DNA of 64,000 nt from Anolis carolinensis. Lineage: Eukaryota. The notes beneath the pieces are model-generated. The model was given only the letters and a program-made list of their open reading frames with translations, had not been told where the DNA came from and made no database searches. Below, one piece after another: positions 47,814 to 59,890 of the stretch; positions within the stretch are counted from its first letter, which is position 1; each line of letters begins with the position of its first letter. The DNA lies in contig NC_085841.1 of the NCBI RefSeq assembly GCF_035594765.1, positions 346,651,402 to 346,715,401 on the forward strand, given 5' to 3'. The position numbers and the translations under genes are program-made.

Positions 47814-48467
47814 ACAGTATGTGTATGTGTATATACTATATGTGTGTGTGTGTGTGCAAGTATTCTAAAATCCAAAAAAAAATCCAATACAGTATATGAA
47901 ACTCTCTTGTCCCAAACATTTTGGATAAAGAATATTCATCCTTTATAAAGAACCCATAGAAGGCTGCAGAATGGAGGATCCAGGCTGCCAACCCAGCATG
48001 GTTCACCACATTGGGTTCAGCATGACATGCAAAGTGAGCTTTTGCATCTGCAGCAAAACAAACTGAAGTCAAGGTTGAATTGGGAAGAGTAGCAGCTTCA
48101 TTCATTTACAAATTATACACAGAAAGATCTCTTTTTGCATACTAAATATCTATGTTACTATTATGGATTACATGTCAATTTCTTTTTCCATTTTTAGGAT
48201 ATACATTCTTGACCTTTCACATCACGTACTGGAATGATAACCTGTTTATATTTCATGCTGTACATTGGCATATTTCATATTATTCAAAAGACAGCATTTG
48301 ACCTAAACTTTTCATGTTTTATTAGCTTCTGAATTTATATGGTTCAAGGGAGATTTTATTTTCCATTCAAGTAAGCATTCAGTCTTTTTAGATTCTATCC
48401 AACCAAATCTTAATCCTCCATCTGTCTGCCTTTTGAAAAAAAATATGCAGGCACTCTTGTTCCTATA

Positions 48468-48507
<40 letters not shown>

Positions 48508-49224
48508 ATATATATATATATATATATCTGAAATCATTGTCTAGTGATCACTAAAATGACATTTTCCATCTGTATTTTCAAATGTGTCAAACAAGCCTAG
48601 CCCGAATAATGAAAAGTATAAAAGCCATGCAATATCAAACGATCGCCTTGAGATCTTAATCTCCATTGAAATGAAATCACAATTTGGATTTTTACATTTC
48701 TGGCCTCTGTAAGGAAACAAAGCTATTATCATAAAAATCAATTTAGGGTAGGCGGAGTGTGCGTGTGCAGGAGGCCGGAGAACAAACTGTGTTACTGCCA
48801 GCGCTCGATGTTCAGCCAGAGAGAACAGCCCGACCCAATGCCCTCTTGCAAATGAATCTCCAACATTTAGTGAGCACTGTGCACATATTATGAACATATT
48901 ACGAATGCTGCATTCAATATTAAAACACAGAGGCAGGATTTGCATAGAACGACAATGAGAAATAAGAATACAAGTGTTGTTATTGTGTGCCTTCAAGTTG
49001 TTTCCAACTTACGACAATCTTAAGGCAAACCTATTGCGGGGTTTTCTTGGGAAGATTGGTTCAGATGGGGGGGGGGGTTTCCCTCTGAGGTGGAGGAATG
49101 TGACTTGCCCAAGTTGACTGAGGAGGGATTTGAACCCGTTCTCCAGAGTTGCAATCCACTGTTCAAACCACTAAACAACACTGGCTCAACAAGGATAAAA
49201 TAATGCTGGACTAATGAAACTGAA

Positions 49225-50180
49225 GGGCCCCTGGTGGCACAGTGTGTTAAAGCGCTGAGCTGCTGAACTTGCGGACCAAAAGGTCCCAGGTTCAAATCCC
49301 GGGAGCGGAATGAGCGCCAGCTATTAGCCCCAGCTCCTGCCAACACAGCAGTTCAAAAACATGCAAATGTGAGTAGATCAATAGGTACCGCTTGTTGGTA
49401 ATCATCCTGGACTACTCAAGTCTAGATAAAGTTAGATAGATGATAGAGTTAGATTGAGGGAATCCTTTCCCTGTTTCCAAAGCATGCCTAGACAGGCTTT
49501 ACTGTGTTTTCTATCCTGTATACGTCACATCCTTTTACTTTGAAGTTAGTAGAAATGTGAATCTTTAGGGACACTAACTTCTCATTGGTCAGAATGTCTT
49601 TTATGGCCCCAATAAACTGGACCATGAGGTTGGAACCATTTTTGGTTCTCTCTTTTCCCTTTGTTCTTCAAGCTAACAAGAAGCATCCTGCCATCTCTCC
49701 TGGTAAGATGTAACTATTTAGATGTTTGTTATTTTTCCTTTCTTATTTTTCCTTAGAAACCAGTCTAGAGTAGTCTAGACAGCTCCCAAGCTTTTCTATC
49801 TACAACTGAGTTCTTTTTACCTGAATAAATACTTTTTGAACTTTTATTGAGACTCTGCAGTCATTGTAATCCTAAATAGACAAAGGCTTCTCTTGCTCAC
49901 CCACGTGTAAGTAACTGCTGCATTTGAAAGCTTTGCTTTTGCTACTCTGCTGATTTTGGTGGAATCTCCCCCAGAGAGGGTTAAATTGAGTCTAACCACT
50001 CAGAGATTACCACAACACTGCTCCGGCGGGAAGGTAACGGCGCTCCATGCAATCATGCCAGACACATGACCTGGAGATGTCTACGCTGGTTCTTCAGCTT
50101 AGAAATGGAGATGAGCACCAACCCTCAGAATCGGTCATGGCTGGACTTAACGTCAGGGGAAACCTTTACCTTTACCTTTA
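49225..50180 (+). mobile_element. Sauria SINE split by a solo LTR
   Basis: The 5' half (49225-49392) and 3' half (50018-50180) rejoin as GGTACCGCTCCGGCGGGAAGG. Confidence 0.88.
49393..50017. mobile_element. Solo LTR (625 bp) of an LTR retrotransposon or ERV
   Basis: TG...CA termini with imperfect inverted repeats TGTTGGTAATC / GATTACCACAACA; 5-bp TSD CCGCT/CTGCT (one CpG transition); AATAAA at 49611. Confidence 0.8.
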
Positions 50181-51300
50181 ATGAAACTGAGTTTCTGCTA
50201 TCAAAATATTTACTTGATTATAATGTGCCATCAAATGTAATATACACCTCAATTTTGAAGACGCACATTACAAAAAATGGATTTGCCCTCAAATGTAATA
50301 TGCCCAACATCACATGCACAGCACACCAGGGAGGCAGGCAGCATGAATGAAGCCATTTGGAAAGCAAGTTCAGCAGCCTTGTGGTCAATGAGGCCATTTG
50401 GAAAGAGAGTTCAGCAGCCTCGTGTGGTTCCCAACTTCAAAACTGAGGGGGATATTTTGAAGTCCTCATAAATAAGGCCAGTTAGGATGCGGGACTGAGA
50501 CTTGGGGGGGGGGGGGGGGGAGAGACTAAGCCGCAGGAATGACTATGTCACCAGCTAGGCACTTCTCTCCCTTCTCTGGGCGCCACGGAGGCCTGAGGCA
50601 GCTGCCACGGACGGGAACAGCCTCTCCATCTCCTGCTTCTCCACCTGACCTCTGAGCTTCCAGGCCCCTCCAGGCCTTTTCATGCAGGTGGTTTTATGTG
50701 CACGATTCTAATGCGTCATTGAATCTAATATGCACCTCAATGTTGGTAATTAATTTAGCCAAAAAAGGTGAGAATTAGATTCCAGTTAATATGGAATATT
50801 GTAAAGCTTAGTCTATGACCAACAAAGAGCTTCTGAAATGGGGAAGGTTGAGAGAGTAAAAGGAAAAGGAAAATACAAAGAACTGAACCATATTATCACC
50901 TCAATTGATCAACTAAAATAATATTTGAATGAAGGAAAGTACTGTTCCTTGAGGGTAGGGGGAGGGAGGAGAAATATTGATATACATAGTGGGAGATAAA
51001 TGTGGAATCAGCAATGTTAAGAAAATTAGGATAATAGCATTCTGTTTGTATTATGAAATGGTAACTGAATCTGATATTATTCTACTTGTATTTACAATTA
51101 ATTTTTTTAAAGAACTTCAAAAGTTTCTACTCAAAATGCATTTCACTCAATTACTCATCAAAATCAGCGTGGTGGAGGTATCATGAAATAATCAACTCCA
51201 AATCCTCTTATTTTTCTATGGTAGAATGGTACAAGGCATTTCGTCATCACCACTTGACTCATCAGACTACTTAGATGGATAGAACATAAATATATATTTA

Positions 51301-51624
51301 CAGTAGAGTCTCACTTATCCAACATAAACGGGCCGGGAGAACGTTGGATAAGCGGATATGTTGGATAATAAGGAGAGATTAAGGAGAAGCCTATTAAACA
51401 TCAAATTAGGTTATGATTTTACAAATTAAGCACCAAAACATCATGTTATACAACAAATTTGACAGAAAAAGTAGTTCAATATGCAGAAATGCTACGTAGT
51501 AATTACTGTATTTATGAACTTAGCACCAAAAAATCATGATGTATTGAAAACATTGACTACAAAAAATGTGATGGATAATCCAGAACATTGGATAAGCGAA
51601 TGTTGAATAAGTGAGACTCTACTG
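51301..51624. mobile_element. Tc1/mariner (Tigger-like) MITE
   Basis: TIRs CAGTAGAGTCTCACTTAT / ATAAGTGAGACTCTACTG flanked by TA. Confidence 0.9.
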
Positions 51625-52920
51625 TATTTTATTAAAATTTCTGAACAAGAAAACTTTTTTAAAAAAATCCTAAGAAAGTAAAAATGCAACAGATTAGACA
51701 TTTGACACTGGGACTGAGGGTTGGACTGGGTGGTCTTTGTGGCCCCTTCCAACTGCAGTCTATGTTTCCATTATTGCAATGTAAACAGTAAAATGGAGGC
51801 CAATTATGGTCTCAAATCCGGTGTCTATGGCTTTCTTAACACAGGTAAAACCCTCATTTGGATTAGCTTTCATTCTTGCCAAACTGTTGGCCATGCTGTC
51901 AGGGGCCGATGGGGTTTGGAGTGTAACAACATCTGGAGAAGTTCAGGGCTTCTCATTTCTGGCTTGCTAGGTTTAGTTGTAGCCAGCCATTATGTGGGAG
52001 GACTTTTTTGGATTAAAGAGCGTCTATGTCAGCTGGAAGGATTGTAAAGTTATGGCCCCCAAAAGTAACATTTCTGAGTGTGACTTGTGCAGCCACATAG
52101 ATTTTTAAGACACGGCACTTACAGTGACATGCTGAAAAGCAAAACTTAAAAACCACTCAAGTGCCTCCTGCCTAGCAGCAGGGCTGTAAAATGTGAACAT
52201 CCTTTACCTTTTCCTGTCCTGAGAATCGGAAAAGCTAATTAGATAAATGGGTATCATTTCCACTTGCAAGACTAGAAATAAGCTCATTAAAGCAACTTCA
52301 TTATTACCCTCGTGGATACATGCAGATATTCGCATAAAATTATTTCACCTTGTATAAAGTGTAATTCAACCTCAATTTAATCTAGCTTTCTTTCTCCTCC
52401 AAGATGAGAATCCACTTTGCAATTACTATAACAGGTAAACCAAAGTAAAGCAAATTGTGGTAAACCTGTTCTGTTCAAATAATGGGAAAGCCTTAACTGC
52501 AGGCAGTATCAAGGGAATAGGGAGCAACATGTTCCCTGAAATGATTCAGCAAATATAAACCCATATCCAAAAACAAACTCATTTTTCTTATGACTGCAGT
52601 TTTGCAAAAAAAAAAAAAAAAAAAAAAAAGGCTCTCTCTTCACCAATACCACCAATTCCTATTCCATTGAACATAAGCGGCATATTGGTTCAGACCAATG
52701 GCTTATTTAGTCCATAATTTTTTCACAGAATGATCAACTAGAAGCATAGGGGAAACCCAACAGAAGAACATGAGCACCACTGTACATTTAGTTTCATGTC
52801 TTCCAAAGGCAGTGTTCGTTCCATGCATTGTAGACCTCTGGCTTACAGCAAAGCTATTGGAGAGTTGTCTTGGGAAAATTTATTCAGAGGTTTCCCACTG
52901 TTTTCTTCTTAGGCTTCGGG

Positions 52921-53197
52921 CAGTGATCTTCAAACTCCGATCCTCCAGATCAGTGGTGCTCACCTGTGGGTCCCCAGATGTTTTGTTGGTCTTCAACTCC
53001 CAGAAATTCTAACAGCTGGTAAACTGGCTGGGATTTCTGGGAAATGTAGGCCAAAACACCTGAGGACCCACAGGTTTAGAACTGCTCCAGGTATTTTGGA
53101 CTTCAACTTCCAGGACTCTCAGCCAATTTGGCCATTTGTCAGGGATTCTGGGAGCTGAAGTCCAAAACACCTGGAGGACAAAATAAAGCAGTCACTG
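52921..53197. mobile_element. hAT MITE containing a second hAT MITE (52951-53084), all within a SINE
   Basis: The inner element is the same family as 11265-11399, with TSD CTCCAG(A/G)T. Outer termini are CAGTGA...TCACTG. Confidence 0.7.
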
Positions 53198-53276
53198 GTT
53201 TAGAGAGTGTGGCTTGCCCAGCCAGTAGGTTTCCATGTCTCAGAGGAAATTCAAACCCTTATCTCCCAGAATGCTA

Positions 53277-53457
53277 GGGTGCATCTGCACTGTAGCATTA
53301 ATGCAGTTTGACACCACTTCATTATTCCAAAGCATTGCCATGGCTCAGAGAAAGTTAAAGGACTTCTAAGACTACAACTCAGACAATTCTATAGCATTGA
53401 GCCACGGCAATTAAAGTGGTGTTGAACTACATTAATTATGCTGTGTAGATGCAACCC
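53277..53457. mobile_element. Palindromic MITE (PIF/Harbinger-like)
   Basis: GGGTGCATCT...AGATGCAACCC long inverted arms; related copies at ~195-410 and 32500-32680. Confidence 0.65.
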
Positions 53458-53974
53458 TTGTTCAACACTCAAATGCCATATCACAGTGTCTCTACATCTC
53501 TATGCAACCTCTGACACTCTGCTTCTGATACTGGAGAGAAGATATCTACAGAGAGGCAGACACCCTGACTAGAAGCTACATAAGGTCCTAAATTTCAGGA
53601 ATTTTCCTCATCCTCTTTGAAATCAGTGTCTACTGGCATAAGTTCAGTCTTACCTACTCCTGGTTCCCCAGCAACCAATAAATAGAGGTATACAGATTTT
53701 ATCTCCTCCCTTTTGAAACTAATAAAGCTGGCACTACATTTCACAGTGGGGAATTCCACCATCCTGTTACGAAAATACATTTTTCCAAACTGTGTTCTCT
53801 TTCTCGGCCCAAGATTGGGAGGAAAGGACAAAGTGAATGGTCCTGAGCACGTGTTCAGTTGTGGGAGCTTCTGGAATTATCCTCAAATGAAACCAACGAA
53901 AAATGAGGAAGATGTTAGAAGCAAAATGATTGCAAATTTATCAGGCATTACATTACCTATTCCTATTGTCAACT

Positions 53975-54400
53975 GCCATCAAATTGACTTCTACGTATGG
54001 TGATCCCCATGAAAAAGAGACCTCCAAGTCATCAACAGCCCTGCTCAAGTCTTGCAGACTCAGGACTGGTTTTCTTGACTGAGTCAATGAATCTGTAACA
54101 CAATCTTCCTCTTTTCCCATTGCTTTCCACCTTACTCAGTATCATTATCTGTTCTAGTGAGTCATAAGTCCAAAGTATGACAGTCTCAGTTTAGACATCT
54201 TGTCTTCCAAGGAAAATTGAGGCATCATTTGCTCGTCTTTTTATCCATTTACTTGTCTTTTTACCCATAGAACTCTTCTCCAGCACCACATTTTAAATAA
54301 GCTGATTTCCTTCCTATTAGCTTTCTTCACTGTCCTCTTTATCAGTCATACATAAAAATGGGAAATGTGATAACCATCACAATCCTCACTTTAGTATTCA
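53975..54400 (-). mobile_element. Degraded RTE-like LINE fragment
   Basis: Reverse complement of the same RTE 3' region seen at 2700-3602. Confidence 0.6.
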
Positions 54401-56221
54401 ATTATATTTCTTTGAAACCTCCGTTTACACAAACATTTTAAACTCACCCAAATCATTTTAGCCAAAATCAAAGTTAAATTATTCAGAAGCAGTGCTAGGA
54501 TTGTTGGCTAAAGCAGTAGTGACTCATAGAATCATAGAGTTGGAAGAGACCACATGGGCCATTTAGTCCAACCCCCTGCCATGCCTTGTTAAAGATTTCA
54601 GACACTGTTCCCCAACTACAAAGGAAGTAATCAATTTTGATAATGCAAAGAAAAAGCAGTTTAATCCCTTGTTTACAATATCTTCAGTCAAAAAGAACAT
54701 TCAAGACAGATCGTTTTTAAAAACTCAAGCTGCCCACTTCCTTCCATATCAATTCCAATGCTGCAGTGGAAACATCTATAGAAAATGCCACTTCATTAAA
54801 TCAATTGGTGTTTTTTTTTTGTCAGCACCCACATTTTCAGGTTTTGTAATGTGGGATGGGAACAAGGAAAAATAGGATACAAGTGAACATGTAGAAAGAA
54901 ACAGGGAGAGAGAAGGATGATGTTTATATTCCATTTATTTAAGGAGGTGCATTGAACAACTGACATAAATATGTGCTGCAACTACGCATTTTGGATAGAT
55001 AAAAGCAGAGGATGTTCAAGGTTAGCCAAGGACACTAAAACAAACTGTTCAAAAGCACTATTACAAAAGTCTCTGAAAAACATCTCTTCATGTTGCCTTC
55101 TCTATTCTTTTGAAGACTTCTGAGTATGCCTTTCATCTCCTTTTGGCTACTTCAGTACTGAGATCAATCCTTTTACAATATTGGTGTATGTGAGTACAGG
55201 CAGCAAAAAAAAATCCACTTTTTTGTGTGCCCATTTTTGAATGACCCATGAATCCACATATACTAAAATCATCACTTCCCTTCATGGCAAGATAAAGAGA
55301 AACAGAATCTCCATTCTTTCCAGCTGCTCTTTCTCTGAATATTGGCAAGGAAAATTGCAATGTTCCTATGCCACTCAGGACAAGTATCATGCCCTCCCAC
55401 GCCACATAATTACAGCACTATGGTTCTACTTTAAAAACCATTGCAAAATTCTATGGAGTCCTGGGGTTTCCAGTTTAGGAAGAAATTCTTAGAATTCTAT
55501 AGAGCCAGCATGGTGCAGTGTTTGAGTGTTTGGCTAGGAATCTGGAACGCTAGGCTTCAAATCTTCACTTACCCATAGAGACCCACAGGTTCGCCTTAAG
55601 AAAGTCTCAGGCTCCATCTAAGTGTCATATAATGCAGTTTGAAACTGCATCATATTGCCAGTGTAAACTCGTAATGCAGTAAAATTGCATTATATGAGTC
55701 TTCACTGACCATATCCTACAGTTCCTAACTGCATTATATGGCAGTGTAGATAGAGCTACACTCTTATAGCCTCTGAAGAAAGCAAAAGAAAAGCCTTTCT
55801 GAAAAAATCTTGCCAAGAAAATCCTGTGATACGTTAATCTGAAGGTTATTATAAATCAGAAAAGACTTGGAGGCATATAGCAATACACACAGAGCTCTAC
55901 TACCTCAAACAGTTGTTGTGCCTTCAGATCAATTCCAACTTGTAGCAACCCTAAGGTAATCCCTGGCATGCTCTGTTCAGAGAGTTTGCTATTGCCGTCT
56001 TCTGAGATTGAGAGAATATCATTTGCCTACAGTCATCTAGTGTGCTTCAATGACAAATCTGTTCAAACCCTGATCTCAAAAGCTGCAGTCCAATCCCCAA
56101 TATTACATTCTGCTCACTGTTCTCTCCAAACTACATATCCAAATATTCCATAGGAAGAAGCCATGGCAGTTCAAGGAGTCATAGTATTATAATTGTATAA
56201 ATTAAAAGGAACCTTGCTTAA

Positions 56222-56442
56222 ATACCCTAAAGGCACCAAATCCCACCTGAAACTGAAATCTAGGAAGGATCAACCCTGGTTAGTACTTTAAAGGGACACT
56301 ACCAATGAATATCAGTTGCTAGAGGCTATATTTCAGAGGAAGGAATTGGAAAAACCACATCTGAGTACACCTTGCCTAAGAAAACCCTAAATTCCTGAGG
56401 TCACCATAAGTTGATATGTGATTTGAAGACACACACACATAC
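56222..56442 (+). mobile_element. 5S-derived SINE with RTE-like tail
   Basis: CCCTGGTTAGTACTT 5S box plus the GCCTAAGAAAACCCT tail. Confidence 0.75.
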
Positions 56443-59384
56443 ATACTAAGGAATAACAGGTATTGTACATGAAATTTCAGAGGAAAGCAATGGCAAACCA
56501 CTTCTGAATATTCCTTACTTAAGAAAACCCTATGGAAGTGGGGGTCACTACAGGCAACACGAAGCATACAGGTTGTATTGATTAAATTCAATTGATTAAG
56601 TCTTTTGGCTTAACACATGAACACCACCTGCTCAGCCTAATGAACAAATGTTAATTTGGGATATAGTAGTAGTAGTAGACGTGATTCTATTTTAAAATAT
56701 CCCATCTTTCCAAAAGAATCAAAAACATTTCATAGCCACTTTATTGTTGTTACTGCAAACAAGGCCAACATTGGTTTATGGGAACTGGCTATCACGAAGC
56801 ACAAATAAGTTCTTTCAACACACATATTTGAGGCAGACTTGCTGAAAGTCTGTTGGCCTATTTCTCTATACTATCACCCTGTCTGTTGCCCTAATTTTTT
56901 TCTTACACAGTGAATGATTCTGACACTTTTATTTCCACTGCATTGTGCAATGACCTTTCCATCAAACTTTGTGTCATGGGGAGGACCTCCAGACAGAACT
57001 AAGTAAAATATTTCGCTCCCAATGGCTGTCAGTGGGTTTGTTATCTTACCTCTGCTCCTTGACGCAATATTTCAGATTCGCTGGATTTATTCCTTGACAG
57101 GCCTCATGAGAACAACACTTAGCTGAAAATACAGACCTTGTGTTGTCTCATAAAACATGTTGATTTATTAGCAAGGTCAGGCCTTTCACAGCATGACCAA
57201 AGAATGGGCGGAATAGATTTTTTTATTCTGTTTCATTTTGCTTTATAAAGCATTTATCTCCGAATGCCAGCTTGCAACATTAGATGTAACTAATGACGCA
57301 ACCTTTATCTAACAAAGAAACCTTTTTTTAAAAAAAATCATTTTAGTCTTCTTATTGTAACATTTGTTTTTATTTTGCAGGTCACACAGTGCAAGATAAA
57401 TGAGCTGAAATAAACATAAATATCTTGGGTAACTTTGCTAATATTTTGCTTGATTTTTGAAATTTAAAAATAACAAGAAGTATTTTTCCCACATTGTAAC
57501 TTAATATTCAGTGCAAAAGTAAGACATCAACATGGATTAAAAAACAACAACTTATAATGAAGACCAAAGGACGTTTTCACTGACTTTTTTCTATGCAACA
57601 TAACTATTTTCCATCCCAGCTGTCTACCTAAGGTTGCAAACAAACAAAAGCAAAGGACCTAACAAGTCATAATGAATGCCTGGTGTATTGACAATACGTT
57701 TGGGATATGAACAAGCCTTTTACTTGTGTCCACACATAACTCCGACGACATGAACATAAAATGCAGTGGTTTCTCAATTAACCAGTTTCTTGTTTCATTT
57801 GAGCTAACTAGCTATGGTTACCTGTAACTTTGGGACAAGCCATGATGTAAGACTATCCTGGTTTCACTTTTTTTTTTTTTTTTGCACCAATAATTCTCCC
57901 AGTTCAGGTAACATATGAAATTATGGTTTAGTCGAGATCTGTTTGAATTGTGGTTCATGCAAAGCAAGATATAAGAGGACAAAAGTAAAGAGATATATGA
58001 TCATTTGAGTTCAATATGGTGTACTGGTTAGAACTCAAAAAGCATTAAAAAGAATGCATTGAGTATCTTTACTAGAACACAAACATTAACACAAACACAA
58101 ACTTCATTCTCTCAGTGCCTTAAGGTGTACAAGACCCTTTGACATACTGATATTTCAGACTAACATGGTTTTGTCTTTGAATATATCAATACTGTTGCTC
58201 TTATGGACCCTCAAGTAATTTCTCAGTTATGGCGATGCGATCCTAATGTTTTCTTGGTAAGATGATTCAGACAAGGTTTGCCATTGGCTGGGAAAGTGTT
58301 ACTTACCCAAAAGGGCACCCAATATGTTTTTATGGCCAATTATGGATTTAAACTTTGATTTCTTGGGACTCCATGATGTCTTTCATATCCACTCTGCATC
58401 TATCTATCTATCTTTCTATCTGTATATCTATCTATTTAAAAATAAATTACAGCAAAGCAAATTCCTCTGCAAACTCCTGGGAATTTTTCCAAAAGTCTTC
58501 CTTATCTTCCTTTTCTTGCAAAACCTTTTTTGGTAAATAAAACAAGTCACATTTCTGTATTTGGCAAATCTCTGTTACAAACATCTGGTATCCCACCACC
58601 CGATTTCCCAACCACCCCTATAAACCCCTAGGCTGCAATGCTGACTTATTTTTTTTCCAAACCAGATGGCTATTTCCAGTTCTCTAAAAATGAGCTTGGG
58701 CTGAAATGAAGTGTGGTAGAAGAGCTGAAATAACATTTAAAGGAGGATTATGACCCTGAAAGCCTTAGTAAACATAATTTTCCATTTATTCTATAGAGAA
58801 ATTATTTTTTAAAAGGGATCCAGGATGGTTTGGAAGGAACTCAAGAACTATAAAGAAGGCCTTCAAGGTTTACAAGCACCTTCTCCTACCACAGGACTAT
58901 GCAATGGATAAAGATGGAAACCAACAGAAGAAAAGAAATTAGATGTTCATGAAAACAGTAACTGAAAGAAGATCGTAGAGTCTTGGAAAATGACAACAGT
59001 GTATTGCAATAAATGTAGTATGATGAGGCATCAGATAGAGCTGCTGAATAGCTGGGGTGCGTGTTGTGATGCAGCAAAGATTAGCAGGCATGGTGTTATC
59101 ATCTGCCACCTGCTCAGGCTTTTCAGTTCCCCTACAATGTTCACTGAGATTGGGATTTGGGAAATGGATTCTCCCAGCAACAGTGGAACACACTGAATAC
59201 TGGAATTCAAAGTACAGTAACTGGGACTACTTCTGTCATTAGAGGACCAAGAAAATGTCTAAAGAAAGCATTTTTTTCGAACTTGGATAAGCAAATTTGC
59301 TGCTACAAGTCCCATTTAAATGGGAGTCATACTGTAATTGGCAGAGCCAGCAACTACAAAAGTAAAGTCATCTACAGTGAAGTA

Positions 59385-59890
59385 ATAGTCCATGTGAAAA
59401 AGATCTTGGGAGTCTTCATGGGCAACAAGTTGAACATGAGCCAACAGTTGAGATTTTGGGCTGCATCAAAAGGAGTATAGAGTCTAGATCCAGGGAAGTC
59501 ATGGGTGCCTCTTTGTTTTGCTTTGGTTAGACCTCATCTGGAATACTGTATCCAATTCTAGTCACCACAGTTCAAAAGAGATATCGACAAGCTGGGAGAT
59601 GTCCTGAGGAGGGCAACTAAATGATCAAATATCTGGAGACCATGCCCTATGAGAAGTGTTTTAAAGAGCTTGGTATGTTTAGCCTGCAGAAGAGAAGGTT
59701 GAGATGGGACATGATAACTATGTATAAATATGTGAAAGAGCGTCATAAGGAAGAGGGAGCAGACTTGTTTTCTGCTGCCATGAAAACTAGGTCTCAGAGC
59801 AATGGGTTCAAATGATTCCACCATTTGTCAAGGGTACTTTCATTGTTGGACTAGATGGCCCATGTGGTCTCTTCAAACTCTATGTTATAT
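59385..59890 (+). mobile_element. CR1 3' fragment
   Basis: Homologous to 1401-2021 ([20 protein letters not shown]). Further short CR1 tails lie at ~10913-10995, 22828-22890, 31710-31825, 37470-37555 and 54525-54585. Confidence 0.88.

Noticed and set aside
49225-49240. CTCF-like motif in the Sauria SINE head
   Set aside because: CCACCAGGGGCCC lacks a core G of the consensus; too weak to call.
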